A DNA stretch of 64,000 nucleotides from a virus. The DNA lies in IMG/VR virus record IMGVR_UViG_3300037247_001890, positions 96,001-160,000 of that record. The stretch is one strand, 5' to 3'. How positions within the stretch are numbered: the first letter of the stretch is position 1; the number at the start of each line of letters is the position of its first letter. The translations under genes and the position numbers were made by a program. The notes beneath the pieces are model-generated. The model did no database searches, had not been told where the DNA came from, and saw only the letters and a program-made list of their open reading frames with translations. Shown here piece by piece: positions 40,921 through 50,381 of this stretch.

Positions 40921-41215
40921 AATATTATTTACAACCGGACTTCCGGCAAAAAATCGATTAAGAATAAATGGTCATGGTATACATCAATTTATCACAAGAA
41001 TACCTAGACCAAAGAGTAGTCCAAAAGCATTAGTCATTAGTTCAGAATTCGCAAAGGAAAACAAAATAATGTTATACCCAGATATAGTTACATCCGGGGA
41101 AGTAAAAATAACTATAGTTAATCTAACTCCTTACCCAGTAGATTTGGAAGAGAGAGATCATATAGGAACTTTTGTTGCATTACCACCTTGCGATTGCAAA
41201 ACTAACAATGACTAA
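40910..41215 (+). CDS. Degenerate dUTPase-like protein
   Basis: GEVKITIVNLTPYPVDLEERDHIGTFVALP resembles the trimeric dUTPase C-terminal half; catalytic motifs are not recognisable; lies next to RNR. Confidence 0.45.
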   Translation: MSNKILFTTGLPAKNRLRINGHGIHQFITRIPRPKSSPKALVISSEFAKENKIMLYPDIVTSGEVKITIVNLTPYPVDLEERDHIGTFVALPPCDCKTNND

Positions 41216-43194
41216 TGGAAAAATTTAAATTATCAAAACCATTTATAGAACAATACTCAGGAAAACAACCTAATTGGGGCCCACTGGGATATGTTACCTA
41301 CAAACGATCTTACGCACGTCAAATAGAAAAAGAGCGTAGAACAGAAGAATACTGGGAAACTCTGGAAAGAGTTGCCAATGGCGTCTATTCTATACAGAAG
41401 ATGCACGCTCGCAATCTGCGATTACCTTGGAATGATCAAAAATCACAAAAATCTGCTCAGACAATGTTTAGATTGATGTGGGAATTCAAATTCTTACCGC
41501 CAGGAAGAGGATTATTTCAGTCTGGTACAGATTTTGTATACGAAAGAGGAGGTGCCAGTTTACAAAATTGTGGAGTTATTTCTACCAATGAGTTAGATAC
41601 TGACTTCGCCTACCCCTTTGCATGGATGATGGATATGTTAATGTTAGGAGTAGGGGTATCTGGTGATACCACCGGCGCTGGAAAAGTAACTATACAATTT
41701 CCGGAACAAAGTGATGACCCATTCATAATTGAAGATAGCAGAGAAGGATGGGTAGATGCCCTCACCATGGTATTAGAGTCGTTTATAAATAAGCAAAAAC
41801 TACGACCATTGGACGCATCTCTCGTTAGACCAAAAGGAAGCCCCATAAATGGTTTTGGTGGTCTGGCCAGTGGACCCGGACCACTATTAAATACTTTAGA
41901 TGATATAATACTTATTTTACATCCAAAAAAGAATGGGAATGCTCCTTATAAATTACGATCAGATCAAATAGTAGACATATTTAACTTGGTGGGTCGATGT
42001 GTCGTAGCAGGAGGAGTTCGTAGGACTGCGGAATTGATGCTAGGTGATCCAAATGATGACGTTTTTCTAAAATTAAAACAAGATAAGAAAAAATTAAAAT
42101 CCCATAGATGGGCTAGCAATAATTCCATAATGGGCACAATCGGAATGGATTATACCAAAGTAGCTGAAGCTGCCGCCATTAACGGGGAACCCGGGATACT
42201 CTATTTAGATAATGCTAGAAAATATGGTAGAATGATAGATCCCCCTAATTTTAAGGATCGTAGAATAGTTAATTTTAATCCATGTGCAGAGCAACCGCTC
42301 GAATCTGGAGAAATGTGCACCTTATGTGAAACGTTTCCTTCTAATCATGCTAGTTTAGAAGATTGGATAATGACATTAAAATTTGCATACTTGTATGCAA
42401 AAAGTATCACGTTATTATCATCACATAATGAACGTACAAATGCAATAATGGCAAGAAATAGGCGAATTGGTTTATCAGTTAGTGGTATTATAGATGCTTT
42501 CAATAAATTTGGTCGAAGAAATGTACTAAATGCAATGGATGAAGGTTATAAAAAAGTAGCAGACTGGGATCGAGTCTATTCTGACTGGCTAGCCATACCA
42601 AGATCAATAAAAAAATCAACAGTAAAACCTAGTGGCACTGTTTCTTTACTAGCCGGAGTTAGTCCAGGCATTCATTATCCGCATTCAGAATACTATATAA
42701 GACGCATAAGGATGCGCGATGATAGCCCATTATTAAAAATTTTAAAAGATGCAAATTATAAAATAGAAACTGATTATTATTCCCCGAATACTAAAGTAAT
42801 AGAATTTCCCATGCATGAAAAATATTTCATCAAAGGGAAAAACGAAGTTAGTATATGGGAACAGGTAAAAAATGCTGTAGATCTTCAGTATTATTGGTCA
42901 GATAATTCTGTATCAATTACTGTCACAGTAAAAGAAGAAGAAAAGAAAGATATAAAAACAGTACTGGAAGCTCATGAAGACTCATTAAAATCTATTAGTT
43001 TTTTGCCATTAAATGATCATGGCTATGAGCAACCACCCTATGAGTCAATAGATGAAAAAACATATAAAAAATTAATTGCAAAAATAAAACCATTAAACTA
43101 TGAAAAATTAAATGGAAATGGAACTGTTCACGATCAAGACGAAAAGTTTTGCTCAAATGATAGTTGCGAGATAAAAATACCTAACGAGGAGTAA
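41215..43194 (+). CDS. nrdJ: Class II (adenosylcobalamin) ribonucleotide reductase, monomeric RTPR type
   Basis: FLPPGRGL, QNC, EDSREGW, GGVRRTA, NPCAEQ.L, TVKPSGT, C-terminal CSNDSC. Confidence 0.92.
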   Translation: MEKFKLSKPFIEQYSGKQPNWGPLGYVTYKRSYARQIEKERRTEEYWETLERVANGVYSIQKMHARNLRLPWNDQKSQKSAQTMFRLMWEFKFLPPGRGLFQSGTDFVYERGGASLQNCGVISTNELDTDFAYPFAWMMDMLMLGVGVSGDTTGAGKVTIQFPEQSDDPFIIEDSREGWVDALTMVLESFINKQKLRPLDASLVRPKGSPINGFGGLASGPGPLLNTLDDIILILHPKKNGNAPYKLRSDQIVDIFNLVGRCVVAGGVRRTAELMLGDPNDDVFLKLKQDKKKLKSHRWASNNSIMGTIGMDYTKVAEAAAINGEPGILYLDNARKYGRMIDPPNFKDRRIVNFNPCAEQPLESGEMCTLCETFPSNHASLEDWIMTLKFAYLYAKSITLLSSHNERTNAIMARNRRIGLSVSGIIDAFNKFGRRNVLNAMDEGYKKVADWDRVYSDWLAIPRSIKKSTVKPSGTVSLLAGVSPGIHYPHSEYYIRRIRMRDDSPLLKILKDANYKIETDYYSPNTKVIEFPMHEKYFIKGKNEVSIWEQVKNAVDLQYYWSDNSVSITVTVKEEEKKDIKTVLEAHEDSLKSISFLPLNDHGYEQPPYESIDEKTYKKLIAKIKPLNYEKLNGNGTVHDQDEKFCSNDSCEIKIPNEE

Positions 43195-43197
43195 TAC

Positions 43198-43440
43198 ATG
43201 CGATATGAAAATCGCAAAGAAGGACACTTTAAGTTCTACGAAATTGATTTAATTCCAGGACCACCAAATGACCAAGGAAGGGACACTTACGCTGTTAGGG
43301 CTAGTTGGGGAAAAATTGGAACCGCTAAGCCACGAGCGGAAATAAAAGCAGTTGGTTCATTTGAAAGATGTTTTAAAAGAATGGAAAAATTAATCAAAAG
43401 AAGAGAACAGAGAGGTTACGAAAAAATAACCGATAAATAG
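43198..43440 (+). CDS. WGR domain protein
   Basis: HFKFYEI...VRASWGKIGT...KLIKRREQRGY. Confidence 0.8.
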   Translation: MRYENRKEGHFKFYEIDLIPGPPNDQGRDTYAVRASWGKIGTAKPRAEIKAVGSFERCFKRMEKLIKRREQRGYEKITDK

Positions 43441-43477
43441 GTATAAGATAAATAACAAATTAGCCATCTAACTAAAC

Positions 43478-43849
43478 ATGATAGATCTAAACACACCTTT
43501 AGGAACATATTCCAAAAAAGGTACCATTGAAGACATTCAAGTAGAAACAGTAATGATTCCCATGGAAGGCGACGAACCGGCAAAAGAGAGAGAAAAGATT
43601 TGCTTAATGGTTAAACGGGAAGATGGAAAAATTATCCGAGTAAATGAAGTATTCGTTAAAAATTATAACGGATCAAAAGTACAAAGGGGATTGTGGGCTT
43701 CAACTGATGCTTCCGGATCAGTTAACTTCTTTTCCACACTTGGAAAATTTATGAGAAGATACGGAAAAAACACTATAGAAGATTTAAAAGGTCTGGAAAT
43801 AGATTTGTATATAGGAGAAAAAGATCTTTTAGTTGGAAGTGTTAATTAA
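43478..43849 (+). CDS. Hypothetical protein (possibly OB-fold)
   Basis: 123 aa, beta-rich; followed by its own terminator. Confidence 0.55.
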   Translation: MIDLNTPLGTYSKKGTIEDIQVETVMIPMEGDEPAKEREKICLMVKREDGKIIRVNEVFVKNYNGSKVQRGLWASTDASGSVNFFSTLGKFMRRYGKNTIEDLKGLEIDLYIGEKDLLVGSVN

Positions 43850-43882
43850 TAGAACGGCCAGGTTACTGGCCTTTTCTATTTT
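43848..43882 (+). terminator. Intrinsic terminator
   Basis: ggccag-gtta-ctggcc followed by a T-rich tail. Confidence 0.7.
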
Positions 43883-43913
43883 ATAGACAATAACAGAAAA
43901 CCAGAAAATATAT

Positions 43914-45968
43914 ATGATAACAACATTCCGCAATTTAGAAATTTCCAACCAATTGCTTGGTCTTAATATAACAGAAAATGTTTTTAAAAATATAAAAAAA
44001 GTATTTAAGACTAGTCGTGATGAAAAAGTTTCAAGTAGATTCTATTATTACGTATTAAAGCCTACATACAAAATAGGGGTTTATTTAGGAGCTGGAACTT
44101 ATATGCATAATGGTGACAAAGTTGTAGAACTCACCGAAAGACGTGGAAAAGAAACTGATAATGCTTCTTGGTACCAGATAGACAACACAAAATTTAGTTT
44201 TGTGCCTACAACAGAAGAAATTAGTCACATAAGTTATTTATGTAGTACACTTCAGATGAGTACTACAAAAGACCCTATTTTTAATAGAATACAAAATTTC
44301 AAAAATAATATAATAGACTGTCTTAGAACTAAAGATTCAAAACATACATCCTCCTATGCGACAATAAATACAAATATTAGTGAAGATTCAGAACAATTAG
44401 AAGATTTAATAAATTCTATAAACTGGTTGTATGACACTGATTTTGATAAAACTGGTATCACAGAAAGTCAACTTAAAGCCATGGGAAACAAATATTCCGG
44501 ATTTGATTGGGAACTTGGCCTATTTTTTAAAGTAAGGGACATAAATGATAACAGACGTCTAGTCCTTATGGCAACACTAGGAAGTCATTATAAAGGATAT
44601 AATTATAGATGGAGAAGTTATAGTCCTTTATCATGGAGAATTCTAGATGTTCCTCATGACAATCCTGCATATAACTACATAGACGTTGGAACATACGCAA
44701 CAGAATTCGGAGACCAAATACCTGGTTCTATACAATTTGATCAGACTGTAAATTCATTACCCAAAAGCATAGAGCCAATAAAACATGCTATAGGTCGCAA
44801 AAAAGATATAATCCATATATTCGATCAGAACGCCGTTGATAAAGCTAATAAAAAATATATGCTAAAAATGGCAATGGAAAAAGATGGCGAAGATAAAAAA
44901 GAGCAAGTCAAATTAAAAATAAATTCAAGAATAAAAAACATAGATAAACAATCATTGAAATTGAATGAAGCTACTTTTAGTATTGATCAAATAGAATATT
45001 CCGGACAAATCCTGAAAAGTGACTCGGTAGATATAAGGGAATTGTTAGAAAGCCTATATAGATACCACGATTTGGATGATATCAATTATGATAGAGCTTT
45101 TGAGATGTTTATTTCTACATTAATTGGTAAAGTCATGCAAAATTATAACGACGATATCACTGCCACAATCGGGGATATTGATGTCACATTACTTCAAAAA
45201 CACGGAACGAATAAAACTGGAAGTCGATATGCTGTATATTACATAAATAATATACGAATCAATAAAGATGAGTTTGAGCCAGTATTACAGAGAGGGGCAT
45301 GTTTTGAAGATGTGCCTACATATAATAAATTTTTAAAACAAGTAAGTGAATGTTCGTTAAAAATACATGGATTACTGGATAGAGGTATAGATGTAAAAGT
45401 CAGAAGTCCGTTAAAAAATGAAATGATCATCCTTAAGCTTGAAATGATAAGAAGACACAAAAGGCAACATTTGAAAATAGGCAAAGAAATCTTTCTGATA
45501 AAAAATACTACCAGAATAGCCAACTTGCCTAAGAAGGAATACTTAGACGATGTGATAGATGTCCTTTTGAATCCAGATAATGTAGAAGGTGTAACACCGG
45601 CAAATCTAAAAACACTGGTAATTCAAGCACGTCAAGCTTATACTGATGCTATAGAAAAGTCTAAAATATTATTAGAAACAACGATTGAAAAATTCAATCT
45701 TGAAAAAACGACAGTTACTTCAAAAAATTCAAACTATACAGGCTACATAGTACCTGGAAAGATCAAAACATACTTTGTAGCATATGATAATAATAAACAC
45801 ACAAATGGTTGTGGTGTATACACGTATCCGGATATGAACTATGTTTGCATAGTTGATAAAACACCAAACCAACAAGTTGGCGTAGATAAATTCGTAAACA
45901 GAATATACGCCCTGGCCAATGATAAACTACTGGCCAAACAAATCCACACACTGAATATTCAGAAATAA
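43914..45968 (+). CDS. 684-aa uncharacterised protein, first gene of the Ubl cluster
   Basis: Ends 3 nt upstream of the Ubl gene; C-terminal domain with YVCIVD...DKFVNRIYALAND. Confidence 0.7.
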   Translation: MITTFRNLEISNQLLGLNITENVFKNIKKVFKTSRDEKVSSRFYYYVLKPTYKIGVYLGAGTYMHNGDKVVELTERRGKETDNASWYQIDNTKFSFVPTTEEISHISYLCSTLQMSTTKDPIFNRIQNFKNNIIDCLRTKDSKHTSSYATINTNISEDSEQLEDLINSINWLYDTDFDKTGITESQLKAMGNKYSGFDWELGLFFKVRDINDNRRLVLMATLGSHYKGYNYRWRSYSPLSWRILDVPHDNPAYNYIDVGTYATEFGDQIPGSIQFDQTVNSLPKSIEPIKHAIGRKKDIIHIFDQNAVDKANKKYMLKMAMEKDGEDKKEQVKLKINSRIKNIDKQSLKLNEATFSIDQIEYSGQILKSDSVDIRELLESLYRYHDLDDINYDRAFEMFISTLIGKVMQNYNDDITATIGDIDVTLLQKHGTNKTGSRYAVYYINNIRINKDEFEPVLQRGACFEDVPTYNKFLKQVSECSLKIHGLLDRGIDVKVRSPLKNEMIILKLEMIRRHKRQHLKIGKEIFLIKNTTRIANLPKKEYLDDVIDVLLNPDNVEGVTPANLKTLVIQARQAYTDAIEKSKILLETTIEKFNLEKTTVTSKNSNYTGYIVPGKIKTYFVAYDNNKHTNGCGVYTYPDMNYVCIVDKTPNQQVGVDKFVNRIYALANDKLLAKQIHTLNIQK

Positions 45969-45971
45969 AAA

Positions 45972-46214
45972 ATGATAAAACAGAAACAATTCGAAAAAAA
46001 AGAAATTACTTACCGTGTAGTTTCCCCAAATGGTCATGATGAATGTACATTCGATCATAGTACCGCTTTGACAAATATTCGCGCTTTAGTCAAAGATGAG
46101 GGAAAATGGTTATATATAAATAATGATTATGTTAACCCTGAAACTCTTACAACAAGAGATTTAGATCAGGCAGAAGATATCATTTTAACAAACGCCGTAG
46201 CTGGTGGATGTTGA
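45972..46214 (+). CDS. Ubiquitin-like (beta-grasp) protein ending AVAGG-C
   Basis: 80 aa; WLYINNDYV...IILTNAVAGGC; adjacent to the JAB and E1 genes. Confidence 0.75.
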   Translation: MIKQKQFEKKEITYRVVSPNGHDECTFDHSTALTNIRALVKDEGKWLYINNDYVNPETLTTRDLDQAEDIILTNAVAGGC

Positions 46215-46218
46215 CAAT

Positions 46219-46244
46219 AGGGGAGACTTGTCTCCCCTTTTTTT
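46219..46244 (+). terminator. Intrinsic terminator between Ubl and JAB
   Basis: aggggagac-tt-gtctcccct followed by a T-run. Confidence 0.75.
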
Positions 46245-46259
46245 AAATAGGACACTAAA

Positions 46260-46769
46260 ATGGATAGAATAGACATTGCTTCTGACCTAATGGAGCAATT
46301 AAAAAATTACGGAAAAAAATACTACCCTGGGGAATGTTGTGGCCTTTTAACTGGCATAACTCGACGTATAAACAATAATGTTAGATCGGTACCAGTAGAA
46401 TTTCATCCAATTGATAATGTCAGTAAAGAACCATATAAATGGGATTACGTTATGGATCCAAATCAATACATGAATGTGTTGAAAAATACAACCTTATTTA
46501 ACAAAAAATCTGCAATTGAATTAACTGCAATATTTCACACGCATCCGAATAACCTACCAATTCCCAGTCAGTACGATATTATTGGGGCGGCATGGTATAC
46601 TGCATATTTGATTTACGGGATAGCTACAGATTCTATGGCGGCATGGTTCTGGGATGGTACATTCTTCAAAAGAATACCCATCAATGAAGAAAAAATAACG
46701 CAAGATACCGTCTATGCTGATGGAAAAGAAAGGGATTGGGAATCATGGAAACATGTAGGATCGCTATAG
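46260..46769 (+). CDS. JAB/MPN+ (JAMM) metallopeptidase
   Basis: PGECCGLL and FHTHPNNLPIPSQYD (E...HxH-x7-S-x2-D). Confidence 0.9.
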   Translation: MDRIDIASDLMEQLKNYGKKYYPGECCGLLTGITRRINNNVRSVPVEFHPIDNVSKEPYKWDYVMDPNQYMNVLKNTTLFNKKSAIELTAIFHTHPNNLPIPSQYDIIGAAWYTAYLIYGIATDSMAAWFWDGTFFKRIPINEEKITQDTVYADGKERDWESWKHVGSL

Positions 46770-47347
46770 TTGGAGCAGGCGGTATTGGGAGTTATCTCTG
46801 CAAAGAAATGCACAACTTCCATAAGCACGATCAATTCGGAGCATGCAATGTTGAGATAACTGTATGGGATAATGATACAGTTGATATGAAAAATCTAAAA
46901 TACCAAAATTTCCAAGAGTTTGATTTAGGTGACAACAAAGCAGAAGTGATTGGCATGAGATATGATTTTGATTATGAAATAGAACGGTTAGAAGAAGAAG
47001 CCGCATTTAACAATTATAATGTAATAATCGCAGCAGTAGATAATAGTAAATTTCGCAGATTACTTTATAATTGGGCTGAAAAAAATGCAGAAACATACTG
47101 GATAGATCTAAGATCAGAAGGTAGAGCAGTTGCGTTTTTCACACAACATAGAAGTAATACATTAGAAAAAATGCTTGATACATTAGCCGATACACCAGAG
47201 GAAGGTACCAGTTGTCAATTGGCATTTGAATTGGAAAAAGGCATTATACAACAAGGTAACAAAATAATAGCCGCAATAGGTTCACAATTATTTATCAACT
47301 ACTTGCGACAAGAAAAAAATTCATCTAAATTCATAGCCAGGTTTTAA
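46736..47347 (+). CDS. ThiF/E1-like adenylyltransferase
   Basis: IVGAGGIGS, WDNDTVDMKNL.YQ, NKAE, AVDNSKFR, WIDLR, TSCQ (candidate catalytic Cys). Confidence 0.9.
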   Translation: MGIMETCRIAIVGAGGIGSYLCKEMHNFHKHDQFGACNVEITVWDNDTVDMKNLKYQNFQEFDLGDNKAEVIGMRYDFDYEIERLEEEAAFNNYNVIIAAVDNSKFRRLLYNWAEKNAETYWIDLRSEGRAVAFFTQHRSNTLEKMLDTLADTPEEGTSCQLAFELEKGIIQQGNKIIAAIGSQLFINYLRQEKNSSKFIARF

Positions 47348-47348
47348 A

Positions 47349-47762
47349 ATGAAAAAAAGAAACTTTTTAGTACCCGTATTTAAAGACAGCGGAAAGCTAG
47401 CAAATGGCTGGTATGCTTATCATACGAATCAGGGTAAACACTCCGATCGAACCATGGTTCCTAATTTTGAGATAAATCTTCATTTATTTCTAACAGAGAT
47501 ACGTCCCACAAAAGGTAGCTTCAGGGCCGTTTTTCTAGATTCACATGGACACAATTATTATATGATGGGATCTGATTTTAATGCATTACTGAACCGAGCA
47601 GAGCCAAATCCTGTAAATCCAGCATTTGATGGAACTTTTACTGTCGCGCATAAATCATATGATTATACAATACGCTTAGTGGACCCGACAAATGATGAAC
47701 CATTAAACGAAGCAAAAATGATAGAAATGATGAATGACCCTAGGAGACTTCAACATGTTTGA
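47349..47762 (+). CDS. Hypothetical protein
   Basis: 137 aa, starts 1 nt after the E1 gene. Confidence 0.55.
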   Translation: MKKRNFLVPVFKDSGKLANGWYAYHTNQGKHSDRTMVPNFEINLHLFLTEIRPTKGSFRAVFLDSHGHNYYMMGSDFNALLNRAEPNPVNPAFDGTFTVAHKSYDYTIRLVDPTNDEPLNEAKMIEMMNDPRRLQHV

Positions 47763-48102
47763 AATAAACAATGATCTAAGAAATATAAAATACAAAAGCT
47801 GGCACAACTGGTTTCATCTATGTGCCAGTATTCTTTTTACAATAGGTTTTTACTATTCTTTTGATTTTCAAGCCATTATTTGGGCCGGACTCTCAGCATG
47901 GGCAATTGGCATCCTTTGGGAAATTGGTGATGGATTCAAACCCTGGTTTTATCTATTTAGGTATAGAGACGATCGGCCAACATGGATAAGCTGGGTAGTA
48001 CAAAATTTCTTTTATTCAGATAAATTTTCTCTACAAGACGTTCTTGTATGGGATTTAACCGGATGCGTAATTGGAATATTCATACTCTTAATGATGACTT
48101 AA
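47734..48102 (+). CDS. Membrane protein (start possibly 47755)
   Basis: Three hydrophobic segments; H...WE..D...D pattern. Confidence 0.6.
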   Translation: MTLGDFNMFEINNDLRNIKYKSWHNWFHLCASILFTIGFYYSFDFQAIIWAGLSAWAIGILWEIGDGFKPWFYLFRYRDDRPTWISWVVQNFFYSDKFSLQDVLVWDLTGCVIGIFILLMMT

Positions 48103-48114
48103 TAGGGAGGTCTA

Positions 48115-49332
48115 TTGAAATTTGAAAATTATCTAAAATTTGGAAAAAAATTAATTATTGAAGGTTTTGCAGAAGAAAATTTCATAAAAAATTCTAAAGA
48201 CGATTTAATAGGATTTGGAATAGATAGTGATAACAGAGTTCTTCATATGTTTACAGATACATATGAATTAATTGAATCTACTAGGAAAGGCCTTTTAAAT
48301 ATTGATGGTCAATTTTATACGGATATGCCACCTTATGAGTATGTATTTAAAATAGATAGTCAGTTTTATGCTATTTTCTACACTTTAATTCACGGGGTGG
48401 ATTACAGATACAAAGCTTCTATTGTTAAAAAAGATATGACGCAAGAAGAAGGAATACAAATACTTAGGAAATTGGTAAAAGACTATGTCAATCATAGAAA
48501 ACAAATACAAGCAAACCTGTTTAAAAGAAGTGAAAAAATTCTAGATGACGTCATATTACCCAAAGAACTTAAACAATCCATATTAGGTGATATAAGAAAT
48601 TTCTTAAACAGTAGAAAAAAGTATAAAGAATTTGGAATGGTCTGGAAAAGGGGTTATATTTTTCACGGACCTCCTGGAAATGGTAAAACACTCTTCTTGC
48701 GAAAACTTGGCGGGGCCTTTGGATTAAATATGACTGATATGACTAACAGATTAGATCAAGATGGTACCCTAAGATTGCCACAACATGCAGAACCATACGA
48801 AAACGGCAGTAGTAGTCTCAGTTTAGGTAAATTAGCTTCTGGAGATGATGAAGACAATCCTCCAGAGATTTATTACTTAGAAGATATGGAAAAAGTCATT
48901 GGTAAAAATGATGCTGATTTTGGTAGAATTACACTATCCAATTTCCTAACTGCTATTGACGGTGTTTCACGTTTGGCTGATGGTTTGATAATTATAGGTA
49001 CAACGAATCACAAAGATAGGCTAGAGAGTGCAATTATAGGTCGTCCAGGAAGATTCGATAGGGTTTATGAATTTGCAAGACCTACGAATGCAGAAATATA
49101 CAAATTCTTTGAACGTAGAAATTTTTTGATTGAGAATAAAAAGGTGACTACCGAATATTCGGATTTGATGACGAGAAAAAACTTTAGCATGGCTTTTGTT
49201 GAAGATTTTATACTATCCTGTGTAACAAAAGTCGACAAGCACATAATATCGACATCTATTGCGGATTCAGTAATCAAAGACCTAGAACAATATAACAAAC
49301 TTGAAGTCGAGTCAAACATGGGATTCAAATAA
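48115..49332 (+). CDS. Classic-clade AAA+ ATPase (single module, BCS1/FtsH-like)
   Basis: KRGYIFHGPPGNGKT, YLEDME, FLTAIDG, TTNH, RPGRFD. Confidence 0.9.
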   Translation: MKFENYLKFGKKLIIEGFAEENFIKNSKDDLIGFGIDSDNRVLHMFTDTYELIESTRKGLLNIDGQFYTDMPPYEYVFKIDSQFYAIFYTLIHGVDYRYKASIVKKDMTQEEGIQILRKLVKDYVNHRKQIQANLFKRSEKILDDVILPKELKQSILGDIRNFLNSRKKYKEFGMVWKRGYIFHGPPGNGKTLFLRKLGGAFGLNMTDMTNRLDQDGTLRLPQHAEPYENGSSSLSLGKLASGDDEDNPPEIYYLEDMEKVIGKNDADFGRITLSNFLTAIDGVSRLADGLIIIGTTNHKDRLESAIIGRPGRFDRVYEFARPTNAEIYKFFERRNFLIENKKVTTEYSDLMTRKNFSMAFVEDFILSCVTKVDKHIISTSIADSVIKDLEQYNKLEVESNMGFK

Positions 49333-50012
49333 TGATGTATCATAAAACTTGGAATCCATGGATACGCGAAAATAGTAGTCTTAGGCGCACGTCTAAGACT
49401 ACCTTTTTTCGTCCTCTTACATATAAGAAACCTATTAGAATTTTTGTAGGCACCGAAGCTGATTTCTTTGATCCTGAAGTACCACATGTTTGGAGAAGAG
49501 ATGCAGTAGAAATAATGACAAAGCAAAGAGACCTGACGTTTTTAATTCCAAGTACACAACCAGACCCTACTTGCATTTTACCTAACACATGGATAGGATT
49601 GAAAATTAAAAATGATACGAATCTTATAAAACTCCTTAAATCAATAGAACATTTGCCTTTCGTTAAAAGATGGGTATTATTCGACGGTCTTACAAAGCCA
49701 AAAGATATTATGCCACTATTTAGATGTGACTCAGAGATTCACATTGGAGAAAAAGGCTGGCATCCAGCTTATCCATGTGACAAATGTCTGGGAGACGGAT
49801 ATTTAAATAAATACATGATACAATGGAATGTTGTATCAGGTGATAAGGCAAAATACATGGACATAGACATCGTCCGAAACATACAACATTATTCGGACGT
49901 TTTACATATACCATTTTACTACAAACAAGCCTTGATAGGTGGAAAATTGATAAGGAAACCATATCTAGATGGCAAACAATATGGGCAGCTCCCAAGGGAG
50001 TTCAGTTTATAA
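49332..50012 (+). CDS. DUF5131 / phage Gp37Gp68-like protein, degenerate
   Basis: TWNPW, IFVGTEADFF..EVP..WR, LPNTWIG, IQWNVVSG, IPFYYKQ; lacks the usual CxxxxxxCxxC motif. Confidence 0.7.
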   Translation: MMYHKTWNPWIRENSSLRRTSKTTFFRPLTYKKPIRIFVGTEADFFDPEVPHVWRRDAVEIMTKQRDLTFLIPSTQPDPTCILPNTWIGLKIKNDTNLIKLLKSIEHLPFVKRWVLFDGLTKPKDIMPLFRCDSEIHIGEKGWHPAYPCDKCLGDGYLNKYMIQWNVVSGDKAKYMDIDIVRNIQHYSDVLHIPFYYKQALIGGKLIRKPYLDGKQYGQLPREFSL

Positions 50013-50331
50013 AGCACCTGAATACCCAAGTTCTATCACAGGAGTTGTAAGATATCTAAAAAAAGATCTAAAAGAATCTTTTCAGTTCCTTATAAAAGAC
50101 AAAAACGTCAAAGAAATAAGAATAACAAAAATAGATAGAAAAAAACATATTATATATTTATGGATTTATAAAAAAGATAGGAAATACATAGCAAGAATAA
50201 TGTCGTTATTGAGATTTTATCCATTTAAACATATGATATTTTCGGAAAAATCTGGATCTGGATTTATTTTTAAGTGTACGGTGGAAATCAATCCGACAAT
50301 TATTCCAAAAGGTATTGTAGTATTAAATTGA
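49969..50331 (+). CDS. Hypothetical basic protein
   Basis: 120-aa ORF. Confidence 0.5.
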   Translation: MANNMGSSQGSSVYKAPEYPSSITGVVRYLKKDLKESFQFLIKDKNVKEIRITKIDRKKHIIYLWIYKKDRKYIARIMSLLRFYPFKHMIFSEKSGSGFIFKCTVEINPTIIPKGIVVLN

Positions 50332-50356
50332 CTTTTGTATTTAATTTTATTAAATT
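50328..50356 (+). promoter_or_regulatory. Sigma70-type promoter TTGACT-17-TAAATT
   Basis: Upstream of 50382 and of the sigma/PolA run. Confidence 0.65.
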
Positions 50357-50381
50357 GAATACATAACAACCAATACGAAGC

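Noticed and set aside
46209-46244. Selenocysteine read-through (TGT TGA followed by a hairpin), or a TTGACA promoter at 46211
   Set aside because: Read-through adds only two residues before TAG, the hairpin has a terminator T-tail, and there is no -10 box at 17 nt.
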